Of a stretch of 64,000 bases of DNA, positions 11,898-23,660 are shown piece after piece. The stretch comes from Lama guanicoe (Eukaryota), in the NCBI GenBank assembly GCA_013239625.1, contig MU053823.1, positions 85,698 through 149,697 of the forward strand. Reading direction: 5' to 3'. The stretch's first letter is position 1, and every line of letters begins with the position of its first letter. The translations under genes and the position numbers were made by a program. The notes beneath the pieces are model-generated. The model had not been told where the DNA came from, did no database searches, and saw nothing but the letters and a program-made list of their open reading frames with translations.

Positions 11898-12395
11898 TGC
11901 TGTGATTTTGCATCTGAGTCTGTGATTTTTCTTTTCTTTTTTCAGTGCATCATTCACAATTTTCATCCCAGAAAACTCAGGACTTTGTTTGATAGCAACT
12001 CTAATAATTTGCTTTATTACTGTCAATTCTGAATTCAAGTTTTCAGACATTATGGGGTACAGAATATGGAATCCTCCAGCATCCAGAGAAAGAGAGAAAG
12101 AAAGGCAGGGTGGCCGAGGGTGGGAGGATTGCGTTGAAGAGGACTTCAATGTGAGCCCAATGAAATTAAAAAAAAAAAATCTACCTAACACAAAATACGC
12201 AGACCCTTCTCAATAAAATATCATCAAAACTGGGGGACAGGGAGAGTATACTTAGAAAGTCTCCACCAACTTCAATACAGGCTGCTGACTCTGCTGAGAC
12301 TGCTGCTCCAGACACGAAAAAGCTAGAGATAAATCCTCCAGTTATGGAGTCAAAAAAAAAAAAAAAAAAAAAAAAGCAAAAAAAAAAAAAAACAN

Positions 12396-12745
12396 NNNNN
12401 NNNNNNNNNNNNNNNNNNNNNNNNNNNNNNNNNNNNNNNNNNNNNNNNNNNNNNNNNNNNNNNNNNNNNNNNNNNNNNNNNNNNNNNNNNNNNNNNNNNN
12501 NNNNNNNNNNNNNNNNNNNNNNNNNNNNNNNNNNNNNNNNNNNNNNNNNNNNNNNNNNNNNNNNNNNNNNNNNNNNNNNNNNNNNNNNNNNNNNNNNNNN
12601 NNNNNNNNNNNNNNNNNNNNNNNNNNNNNNNNNNNNNNNNNNNNNNNNNNNNNNNNNNNNNNNNNNNNNNNNNNNNNNNNNNNNNNNNNNNNNNNNNNNN
12701 NNNNNNNNNNNNNNNNNNNNNNNNNNNNNNNNNNNNNNNNNNNNN
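12396..12745. other. Assembly gap (350 N)
   Basis: Run of N between a poly-A tract and an L1 3' end. Confidence 0.99.
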
Positions 12746-12817
12746 GCTCTACACTGGAATTTGACACAACATTGTAAAATGATTATAAATCAATAAAAAA
12801 TGTTTAAAAAAAAAAAG
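12746..12817 (+). mobile_element. Young L1 3' end abutting the gap
   Basis: acactggaatttgacacaacattgtaaaatgattataaatcaataaaaaatgtt + poly-A, near identical to 27424-27490. Confidence 0.75.
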
Positions 12818-12876
12818 AAAGGAAACAGTGTTCTAGACTCTCTCAGTATTCAAAAAATTAAAAATAAAGTGTTTTA

Positions 12877-13018
12877 GGGGGAGGGGATGGCCCAGTGGTA
12901 GAGAGCATGCTTAGCATGCACAAGGTCCTGGGTTCAATCCCCAGCACCTGCAGTTAAATAAGTTAAACAGACAGACAAACAAACAAACAATACTAACTAC
13001 CTCCCCTCAAAAAAAAAT
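12877..13018 (+). mobile_element. Vic-1-like tRNA-derived SINE
   Basis: ggggaggggatggcccagtggtagagagcatgcttagcatgcacaaggtcctgggttcaatccccagc; TSD aaaataaagtgtttta (12861-12876) / aaaataaattgtttta (13019-13034). Confidence 0.85.
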
Positions 13019-13198
13019 AAAATAAATTGTTTTAAAAATTTGCTGGAAAACAAGCCACGGGAAAAACAAGCCGCACCTAAATTTCCATGAGCTTAAAATA
13101 TTACGTTCACACTTACTTTCTTAAAACACACATGCTTGCTTTGTTCTAATGTTTCAAGCAGTAGATGACCCATAACGCGTTTTATGCTAAAGAAAATT

Positions 13199-13695
13199 TG
13201 TGGTGAGCAATCCTGAGACTGACCCTAAGGGCACCCTAAGGTATTTCCTTAGGGAGAAACAACAGATAGTCCTGGAAAGCCAAATCATCCATTAACAGAA
13301 CTTTGTTCTGGCAGGAAAGCATGCGGTTAAGCCCAGGGGAAATATTTGCTATCTCGCGATGTTCCGGAGGTGATAACAGGATTGACTTAGAAATTCTGCA
13401 CACCCCGAGGAGGCTGATTGTTCCTGGAAGGGAGAGGCCTGGAATTAATCAGTTCATCAGCAAGCAGAACTTGGTGCTTACTGCATGGAATATGTAAAGC
13501 CTCGTCTCTTTGATCGCAGTTTTTCCTGGGCTGTATACTCGTAATAAATATGATGTCGACCAGGCTTTCGGGACTGTGGATCCACGAGATCTTGAGTGTC
13601 CTGGTCCCATCTTTGCTCTTTACTTTGTCTCTTTGTTTCTTAAGTCTTGCGTCATCCGTCCTCAGACACGGCCCTAAGCTGCGATAGACGCAACA
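13199..13695 (+). mobile_element. Solo LTR, probably ERV class II (betaretrovirus-like)
   Basis: Begins TGTGG, ends CAACA, perfect 6-bp TSD AAAATT at 13193-13198 and 13696-13701; AATAAA at 13543-13548; CpG-rich relative to flanks. Confidence 0.8.
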
Positions 13696-16239
13696 AAAAT
13701 TAACTTTTTTAAAAAATAGAGTTTTAATAGACGATAGTTAGGCTTATTTATTCTGTGGTTTCCCTGCCCACTGTATACTGACAATACAGCCTAAGTTACA
13801 ACGGGGCCCTAAATAAGTGTGCATTTATTGAGTCGTCATGGATAAAGTGCTTGCACCAGCCCAATTCCTTCCCTGTGTTTTCCAATCTTATCTTCTTATA
13901 GAACCTTCGACACCTCCTTTTTAATGTTCTTCTAGATTACTAATCCCAGGGAAGTCATTCGGAGAGGGGCCAGTACAGGTGCCTGGCCTGCACAAATCTC
14001 CCATCGCTCACAGTAAAGCTCTGCATGACTAGAGCTTTGGGGGGGTGATATTTATTATAATATCCCAACTGCTCTCCGCCTGTGAGACTCGGTCTGCATC
14101 TGCTGGCCACAAGATTCCAGAAATTTTTATAAATTGCCATGACAACTTCGACACCAAAATCAAAACAAGTTTACAGAAACCTTATTATTTTCAGTGCCGG
14201 TAATTCCGAAAAGGACACGGTGAGCTTGCTCCCCTCCGACACAGCCCCACCCCGGGTCTGAAGGGAGAAGACAGAGGAGCATAGCTTAGCCTCAGCTGCA
14301 TGAGGTATCTGCCTGCTGAGGTTGTTCAGAATTCTCCCGAACAGGTTCTGGGAGGGAAGGGCAAGTTTTCGTTTGTCACACAATTTGTGGTAAATGCCTG
14401 GCGCATTTTCCCTATGCCCTTTAGCCTTTATCTAAGAAGAAACAGTTCCATAACATTGACTGTCATGCAAGGTAATACCACTCTCATCAAAGTGATTATA
14501 ATCGAAGTTGCAAAATAATTAGAATTCCTTCCAGAAGCTTCCAATTTTTCTAATATTAAAAATTATAAATACTACCCAAGGAACTATATCTTGAAGAAAG
14601 TGAAGCTTGAAAGGTAAGAAAGACATAAGACAGAAGAGAAGACATACTCCGAACTTGACTTTGGAACTTGGAATGTACCTTCACTAAGACTGGAAACAAT
14701 TTACTTTTTCTCCTTTTTGTTTTTACTTTTCCCCGATATGTATTACCTACTAACTTTTTAAGAATAAATATTGCCTATATAATCTTCAATTATTTTTCAT
14801 TATAGACAAAGTTATCTGGATATGAAGTGTCTTTGCATAGTAAATGTATGAATAACGAGATAAAAGCACAAACTATCTGTTAATGTTACTACAATATATT
14901 CAGTACACATACAGACTTGGACTTACGGCTTCTTTATATTTTATCTTGATAATTACTGGACACATTTTCTTGATTTCATAAAGGATAATGCTGATATTTT
15001 GAACATATTTTCCATAAAAGGCTCCCCAAAATGCATTTTTGACTGGAGCAATGATTTTGAAATTAAGAATATTGATTTAGGTTTTATTTTGGACCTGTTC
15101 TTAGTAGGAACTGGAAGGAGGCCTCATTCCAAATTAGACTGTTACAGTTCATGATGAAATATTATCTCTACTTTATCACATGAGGAGATGTACACTGGAG
15201 TGTATGTGAATAGAAGAAAGGGGATTTTCCATATGCTAGAAGCGTTTCACAAGTTTTGCCTGATGGAAAATCCAAGCCATCATTTTCTCAACTTTCTCCA
15301 CATCCTTAACTTTACTAATGAAATCCTTCCTTACTGGGAAACGGTGAAATCTTTTCCCACCTTAGAAGGAGATTTCCTCATGTAATGGACAGACTCGGAA
15401 ACACCTGGTCCACATTCTCTATGGAAATAACATTCTTATTCATAGGATTTACCCCAAAACCTTGTGTATGTCCGTGTCCTTGTGTACAGATATATTTCTG
15501 TTGTTCATACTATTTCCCATTTAAATTTCACATTTAAAAAGTAAGATGACTTTTACCAAATTTTGAGGGTGTGTGAAGGAGGTACATGCCTGTACACGCA
15601 CGGCGAATATGATTTATGCACTGCATTTTAATTAATAAAAATATTCTAAGTGTAAACACATGACTGTTTGAAATTTCTCCAAATATTAAGTCACTATTTT
15701 AGGGTCACACCTTGGAGTGAGTGTTAAGACAAAGGGGAAAGAAATTCCAAGGAATCAGTGATGGACAGACATGGAGAGACATAGATCTTTGTTGTTGCTT
15801 TTGAGAAGGGATAACCTAAATGTTCACCAGACTGAAACTGTCTCCCATCTGTGATGTAGAGATTAAAGGCATGAAGACATAGCCTTAGTCAAGCGACCGG
15901 AGACAATTTTGTTCAGAAGCACGCAGCACCAGCCTGTCTTTTTAGAAAGGGGTGGGTGAAAATACAAAAAGAAAATATAAACTAACACTTCATTAAGTTC
16001 ACCAGACCCTGAATACCAGATGACTGGCTTTAGTCCTTGCTGATTGTCTGGAATGTGCATCTGTGCAAAGCCAGCAGGCTTTGTTGGTTGGAAAGATGCA
16101 TCTTTCTGCATCAAAAAAAAAGAAAAGAAAAGAAAAGAAAAGTGCCTGATTCTTGGACAGAAAGAAAGCACCCCACGAAATGGGTGTCCGCTTTAAAAGT
16201 CTGGGGATCCAGAGTGCTTACTTCATTGCGGTATAAATA

Positions 16240-16700
16240 TACATACAATGGAATCGTATTCAGCCAAAAAAGAAGGAAATCCTGCCATCTGTGACAACAT
16301 GGATGGACCTTGAGGACATTCAACTAAGTGAAAAAAGTCAGACAGAGAAAGACAAATATCGTGTGATCTCACGTATCTCTGGAATCAAAAAAAAAAAAAA
16401 AGCCAGTCTTAGGAAAAGGGACCCGATTTGCAGTTACCACTGGGGAAGGGACATTGGATGAAAGCAGTCAAAAGGTAAAAACTTCCAGTCATAAGAGAAA
16501 TAAGCACTTGAGATGTAACGTACAACACGACGACTCTGTTAACACTGCCGTGTGGTACGTTTGAAAGTTAAGAGTAAATACTGAGAGTTCGCATCACAAA
16601 TTAAAAAACCTGTTTTTCTTTCTTTTTTTTTTTTTGTATCTATATCGTATCATAGAGTTTAACTGCACTTACTGTGGTAATCATTTTCCAATATTTGTAA
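16240..16700 (+). mobile_element. Older L1 3' fragment
   Basis: acaatggaat...gacaacatggatggaccttgaggacatt...ctaagtgaaaaaagtcagacagagaaagacaaata; boundaries approximate. Confidence 0.75.
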
Positions 16701-16904
16701 CCTCAGAAAAGTAATGAAGGGAGAACACGAAGTAAGAAAAAAAGACTAATAAATATTCTGTTGCATTCTTTCCAAGGGGCAGTGGGTTCCAGCTTGCCTT
16801 ATGTTTACGTAAGTGACTGTCTATCTCCACTTCAAGGGAATCACCTAAGAATATCTTCAAGACGGCATCTTTGGCTGAATAAACTAGTGAATAAGTGGCC
16901 TTGC

Positions 16905-17160
16905 AGGGGTGGGAAGGGATAAATTAGGAGTTCGAGATTTGCAGATATTAACCGCTATATACAAAATAAATAAACAACAAGTTTCTACTGTACAGCACAG
17001 GGAACTGTATTCAATATCTTGTAGTAACCTATGGTGAAAAGGAGTAAGAAAATGAATATATGTATGTATATGTATGACTGAACTATTATGCTGTACACCA
17101 GGAACTGAGACATTATAAACTGACTATACTTCAATAAAAAAAAGTAAATAAATAAATAAA
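16905..17160 (+). mobile_element. L1 3' end
   Basis: gggaagggataaattaggagttcgagatttgcagata...ctgtacagcacagggaact...aactgactatacttcaataaaaaaaa. Confidence 0.8.
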
Positions 17161-17921
17161 ACACTGGGATATACCAAAAAAAAGAAACTGGCCTTCCTAC
17201 ATTTGTAAACTATTTGCAGAAATAAAGGGTAATTCCAACCGTAATAAATGTTGTTAGTTATCCTCTTTACCTTTCTTATCTTCATTATATTAAAATTTTG
17301 AGGCCTGGGGTTACTTTCTCTTAATTTAGAATATTGTCAGAATGTATGTGATATGCAAAAATACACTGTACAGAAAATACAACATCAATAGTTACCAATC
17401 AAAAAAAAATGATGATTCAGTTTTTTCCACCTAAGCATTCTTGGATCACTTTCTATCATTATTTATAAATTGCTTCCATTGTGATAACTATATGAAAACG
17501 TTATCAACCAGAAAAGGGTACTAAGTTTTCAACACAGATTTAGCTTTCAACTAAGAAACAACCGGGTAGTGAGATACAAATTCACTTGCAAAAATCGAAT
17601 TTACAGGAATGAGATTTAATTCGTGCTTGAAAAATTCACCACAGGTGTCATATTTTAAGTCTAGGAAATGCTGCTGTACATCTTGTCATCAATGAGATGG
17701 TGACCTTCAAGTGTCACATCTAATGACATGTAATAGACAAGGACTGGGAGATGATCAAAAGTAAATATCCAACCAGGTTACAAGTGTTGCACTTCAAGAA
17801 AGACAAAGGCTGCCGAGCGGGTCTGAATAGCTCCAAAGCAGGCCTTCCCGGCCAGTAAGAGTGTCTGTACCTGGATCCACCTGGGTTTAGTGAGCAAAGT
17901 CTGCTGACTTCTATTTTGATC

Positions 17922-19425
17922 ATGATGTGGATGAGAATACTTCTAGGTACTTCTCTCATTCATCTGTCTCTTGCTCATTTCCCCAAAGTGTAAACAACCG
18001 CATAGGGTTTTATTACTACATGTGGAAGCCGAATAGAGCTTGGTATTAAAAAGTTGAGCTTCATTATATTTTCAATGCAGTAATTTGATGTGGGATAAGA
18101 TTACCATTTCACAATATAATCCAAAATATATTAATCTGTACAATACATTCCAAATTTGAGTGGCACCATCATTTCTGCCTAGTAAATAACCTGGAATGTA
18201 ATTAAGAGCTTTAACACTGTTGTGTTTACGTTCAGAAAGAGGCCTCAGTGGGCTGTTGAGGAAGGAAGCTGGACTCATCGTAGTAACATGAAGTTCGCAG
18301 TATTGATTTGGAGGCAAAAATATGGTATGAAGACATTGACATTGTTTACCTTTAAAGAACTAATGACTTTAATTTGTTGCTTCTCCATTATCGGGATTCC
18401 TTTGTTGAGTCTACAAAATTCAATTCATAGGCCAGCATGCTTCTACTTCGTGAATTTCAAGTCCTCAGATTTAGCCTGTTAATGTATTCCTAATATTAAA
18501 AAATAATGCACCTTTCTTACACTCCAAAATCCTTCAGTTGAACAAAATAATGGCTACGTAGCTGAACATTGCTTTCACACTTTCAATTTTAACGCTCTTG
18601 CTTAAATTTTGCAGGCAGTATGTTCTACTGGTCCCTTCTGTTGTGCAAGAAAGCTCTTTAGGTAAAGCTTACACTTAGCTTTTCAATCTTACAGAATCTG
18701 CTGTTTTGACTGTCTCCTTCAACCCTGACGAGGTCCAGACCGAAATATTTGAAGAGAATGTTACTGGACAGGATTTCTTTAAATGCATCTATTCTGCATT
18801 TCCTCAAATGCATCATTCTGTTTTGTAGCGAGAAGAATAATGAAGGTGCACAAAAAGGTACCCATACAACTGAATTTCTAGGGACGGAGATCAGACTATT
18901 TCACTGTGTAGGTAGAGTTCTTTTATTTTTTAAAAGAATCACATAGTCCTCAGTTCGGGGTGATGTAAGTATAGTCATAAATGGTGACAAAGGGACAAAC
19001 CAAACCATTTGATTTTAGGACAGAAATTTGTTGAAGGGAGTAATACAGATAAAAGGGAAGAGCCCCATGCAGAGAAGGAAAATTTTAGTAAGAAGAATTA
19101 ATTTAAATGATGAGATAAGAAAGTAAAAAAACCAGAGACAGAAACCAGATTGGTTATTCAAAAAATAGAGCTGACAACTTACGAATTGAAACTTTTACGA
19201 TGCCGACACACAGGCAGTGGTAGGGATTTCTAGCCAAAATATCATTCTTATATTTATTGGCTCCTTAGATCCCTTGGGCCAGACTTGACCCACAGGCTTT
19301 CACTACATTCTCTGCTAAAGTGGCAACTCTCAACCTGGAAGAGAGAAGACTGGTAGCAATCAGGTCCCGGGGAACCGTAATCTTTGTGCAGACAGGTATA
19401 CCCATCTACAAGCCTGGGCAGAAAG
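17922..19425 (+). pseudogene. Ovostatin-like pseudogene fragment (exons 1-3 only detected)
   Basis: Exon 1 17922-17989 MMWMRILLGTSLIHLSLAHFPK (signal-peptide-like, phase 2, donor gtaaac). Exon 2 18615-~18789 QYVLLVPSVVQESSLGKAYT*LFNLTESAVLTVSFNPDEVQTEIFEENVTGQDFFKCI with TAG at 18676-18678 and no donor. Exon 3 19269-19425 (157 nt, same size as paralog exon 3) IPWARLDPQAFTTFSAK...VIFVQTGIPIYKPGQK with a GC donor. Confidence 0.88.
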
Positions 19426-19509
19426 GCTAGTGTACCTAAATTTCATTACACTCAACCAATATCATTAGTTGATGGGACATCTAAATTGATGGTACACAAT
19501 ACATGCTTG

Positions 19510-19895
19510 GCAAATTGGCTGCATTAAAATACATTAGAGAGTTTGCCTAAAATACAAAACAAAAACACAAATTGAAGTGCTCACTTGGGCAGCACAGATA
19601 CTAAAATTGGAACAGTACAAAGAAGATTAGCAAGGATCCTGCATAGGAAGAAGATGCAAATTCAGGAAATATTTCTAATTTTTTTCCACAGACATACCCT
19701 TATCTTTTATACAGTAAACATGCCTGGCATTCTCTATGTCAATCATACTCAACCAAGGGATTTGAAGATATAGAGTATGTAGCCTAAAGGCTAAAGATTT
19801 AGTTTCACCAAATCTGGGGTGGGGAGCCTGGGAAATTGTATTTTTAAAGAATTCCTTACATGATTCTAATAATAATCAAGTTTTGGAATAACTAC
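19510..19895. mobile_element. MER5-like hAT MITE interrupted by the U6 insertion
   Basis: Left half ttggctgcattaaaatac...aaaatacaaa; right half atctggggtggggagcctgggaaattgtatttttaaag...tgattctaat...aagttttggaataact; boundaries approximate. Confidence 0.5.
19577..19685 (+). pseudogene. U6 snRNA retropseudogene (full length, diverged)
   Basis: gtgctcacttgggcagcacagatactaaaattggaacagtacaaagaagattagcaaggatcctgc...gcaaattc...ttttt is collinear with U6; the ACAGAGA box reads ACAAAGA. Confidence 0.85.
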
Positions 19896-22800
19896 GTGAC
19901 AGTTAGGCAAATCTCTAAGCTGATAGTTGAATTACAGGTAAAACAGCAATAAAGTGTCTCAAGAACAGGTTAAGAGAAGCCTGGTGAGCAGAGAATTGCC
20001 TGGTGTTGGAATGATCAGAGTGGCATGGAATTAAATTGAGAAATCTCTTCTCTCCTTGGTTTGGAAGGAGTTCTTCGAGATTCCTACAGTCGAAAGAAAG
20101 ATGTTTCTAATGAGACAAATGGCACACGAAAAAGCACAGAGATAGAATTAATTTCAAAAACCATGCCTTAAGATGAGAATTCGACAGACTTATTTTTAGT
20201 AGGGAAAAAAAAAAACAGAAGGGAGGAAAATAGGTTCAGGTGAATAAAAGAGTTACGAGAGAGCCTTGGATATGGTGCCGAAGAGCTGTTTTCTGTAGAT
20301 TGGGGGATTATACCATGATGAAGACAATCTGAAGATTATCCTTAGCAACTAACATTAGCCAATATGCTTTCTTTCCTGATAGGAAGTATTTCAAGAACTA
20401 GGGCTAAGGATAAAATTGGAAGGGTTCTGGGATTCTTGCTAAGACTTAGCTGAAGAAGGCAGATGTTGAAAAGGATGCTGCTACTTCAAACAGCTCATAA
20501 GAACTTAAATACAATGAGTTTCTCTTTCCTCATCCCATCTGTTTTCCAGTAAAGAGCCTAAGATGCTAGGAAATGGTTTTAAACGTAGCACAAAATGTCA
20601 GTAACGTGCCTTGCACAATTGAGGCTATTCAGTTTTCAAAAAAAATGGACCCTTAGTACCTAAGATAGAATGCTTCAAATATTCATAACTTACCCAATGT
20701 CATGTTCCTTTTTAAAACAAAGACTAGTGTGATATTAACTATTGCTTTATACTAAATCACAAAGCATATTTAGACGCTGTAGCTTCGTATGTGACCACCA
20801 TCTGCATTTTGATGTCCATACCCTCATCTCTCTCCGTCCCACTGAGAAATTACAAAAGATACAACATCAATCCAGGCTAAAAAATTTTACAGGATGCTAT
20901 TGATGGCTGAGTTGTTGCAAAGTTAGTCATTTAAAATGTTTTAAGATCCACAAATTAACTAGATACAGTTTTTTGATTTTATGTGTTCCAGCTTCACACT
21001 TCGCATTCCTCATGCGTAGAACTAACCTACATTGGTAATTCATGTTATTCCAGGGCCTCGTTTGACCTAGTTTGAATGTTGTCATCATTTCTGTCCAGAT
21101 TTGCCAAGATCGAAGAAAAAGCAATGAAATTTAACTCCGAGATTAGACACAAGGCCAGTGTGATGAGTGTATTTGTCTGCTACTTTACAGAAAGCCACAG
21201 CACTTAAGAAATGTGGAGTGGATTTTTACCTCACATAATTTCAGGTTGCAGAAGGTCCCTTCCATAAATAAATCACCAATAATAGTCCTTGATTTCTGTA
21301 ATTGAACCACTGGAGTTTCACTGCATTTGTGTAAAATGTTTAACCCTGTTGGAACACAAAATTTAAGACAATAAACCATTTTCTTTATTTAAACTAACAA
21401 ATTTTAGTTTCTTTCTCTCAAGATTATACTCACAAGTAAATCTATAAAGACATTGGACACCTGAGCAGAGGAAAAATTTCCTCAAAAATTTGAAAGATGT
21501 TTTCAGCTCCTAAAACAAACCTCTAAACTTCATAGAATTAGGAAGTGGATGTTATTCATGGTTCCTTTTATAACTCAAAGTAAACAATGCCTAGCATTTG
21601 ATGGGAGTGGGGAGGGGCGATTGACACTGAAAGAGATCCAGGCACCCCTATAACATAGGGTTAAGTCAATCAACGTGGTTTTAATGGGTCTATAATTTTA
21701 AGAAAATGTCAACATTTCCTTAAAGTAGTTTGTGTCTTTCCTATCACTTCAGAATCAAAATACATGTATGGATAACTTTTAAAAAATTGGTAAAGATAAA
21801 GATCAGGGTAAGTACAGTCCCTAGCTCAATTTTGTTTCAGGAAGTCTTGCTAAAATTGCCTTTCTTAAATTGTACTCTATTATAATTCTTATCAATGTTC
21901 CAACAAAATTAGCAATTTGAAGAGTGTATCTTCACTTTGGGACTTGCATCTTAATATCCCATTCTATTTTCATTTGGCTCCAGCAAATCCCTCCACCGGT
22001 TTGGAGACCTGAACAAATCACCTTTTCCCAGTTTGCTAACTTTTTCTAAGTCTCTTCTCTTTTATATCCAAAAGATGACCTTTCCATTTAAAAGCAAAGA
22101 TGACGTTAGAAAGCATGGAGCAGGAAGAGGCAAGAATGAAGTGTATTTCAGCCTTTCTTCGTATGGGTGGAGATGCTGTATCTGTTTGGAAACCTGTCAC
22201 CACCAGCCATGCATTCAGTGGAAGGAGATACTGACTTGCTTTGTCTTTTATTTAGCTGTTATTTTCAAACTTGTATGTTTCATTCAAGATATTTTATGGA
22301 GAAACACCAGTAACATGTCCAGTCTGATGACATCTGAAAGCACCTACTTTATTTTAAATTGTCATTTGCCTATGTTCTGTATCACTATATCCGTTTTATC
22401 TGCTTATCCCCCTTTTTCCTGTTGTGTTGTATCTTTTCAGTTTATTTAACTTCTTTCTACTTTTCACTACTTTATGTCATTTTTCATATTTGACTTTTTT
22501 CTTTAGCTTAAATTTATTCAGTTGTTTCTCTTTATTTTTCAGTTTTGCTTTAGAATGGTTTATTACACCATTCTAACCAAGTATTTTTATTTATTTTACC
22601 TTTTTTATAAAATGATCTATGTTTTGCATTAGGAAGCATTATTCTAAAGGTACAATTGTTTTGGTTCCTGAACTTTCCTCTCAGCCTCAAAAAAGTTCTA
22701 ATTTACTTACTTAATAGTCGCTCTGTTATCTCATCTATAACCTCTCCTTTCCAGTTCCAATGCTAAAAATTTTATGATTAATTTTAAAGACTTTCCATCC

Positions 22801-23213
22801 AAAATCACCACCATCCCTCAGTAGCTCACCTTAGTTACCACTGTAGTGGGTTTTTTTTTCCCGATAATGTATACTCCAGTTCTTCTAAGAGAACAAATGA
22901 AGTGTAAAATACATAGTACTTAATGCATGCAATCTCTCAGTGTCGATTAAATCCTGAAGAGGTATTACTGCAAAACAGGAGAGAGAGATTACAATTTACA
23001 TAAAAACCTTAAATATAAACCCCAGATTTAATTGTAAATAATAACCAGCTTGTTTCCAACAGCCTCTCGAGGCTTGCTCTCCTCTGTCTCTTGTAACAGA
23101 TTTGTCAACTGGTTTGCCAGCAGATTAATTAAGAAAAAGAAACTACTTCTGTTGCTGTATATTTTTTGACAAATAGACTTTCTTTTTTCTGCTTCTGATC
23201 TGATGAGGATGAC

Positions 23214-23249
<36 letters not shown>
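23214..23249. repeat. (TAA)n microsatellite
   Basis: About 12 perfect TAA units. Confidence 0.95.
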
Positions 23250-23251
<2 letters not shown>

Positions 23252-23439
23252 GTTGGATTGTTTACTAAGGGAACAATGTGAGATAAAATGCTTAAGAAGC
23301 TCTTCTGAATTTTATTTTAAATGCTTAAATCTTGGCAACACTCTGTTGTCTCAGAATCTTGAGTCCAATAAATCCCCACAAGAATCTGTGAAAAATCTGG
23401 AATTCCTATACATTGCTTAGGAGCCACATGGAAACCTGG

Positions 23440-23660
23440 TGTGTGGAGGGAGTGGAGCAGGACCTTCCAGGTGAGGCCCCTCCCCCACACCCTTTGCGGG
23501 AGGAGAGCGAGGAGTTCAGTAGGACTGGAACAGACAGGGTAGGGGAGGCGGCGGGTTGAGGGTGTGGAGACTGGGGGTCCCAGGCAGGGGAGGGTGTGCA
23601 GACATAGACAGAGTCGTTCTCCTGGACAAAACTTCCACTGATGACTCAGAGGAAGAAGAC
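23440..23660. promoter_or_regulatory. Candidate enhancer (KLF/SP, AP-1, ETS-like motifs)
   Basis: GC-rich island; CCACACCC 23485-23492, GGGTGTGG 23560-23567, AGGGTGTGC 23591-23599, TGACTCA 23642-23648 followed by GAGGAAG. Confidence 0.35.

Noticed and set aside
12342..12796. Long ORFs on both strands
   Set aside because: Artifacts of poly-A and the N gap.
12877..12950. tRNA gene
   Set aside because: The A/B boxes belong to a SINE with A-rich tail and TSD, with several diverged copies in the window.
18236..18324. Plus-strand exon-like segment in pseudogene intron 1
   Set aside because: It has AG/GT flanks but no A2M-family similarity and does not preserve frame.
19577..19685. Functional U6 snRNA gene
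   Set aside because: Many substitutions including the ACAGAGA box, no recognisable upstream PSE/TATA, and it sits inside another repeat.
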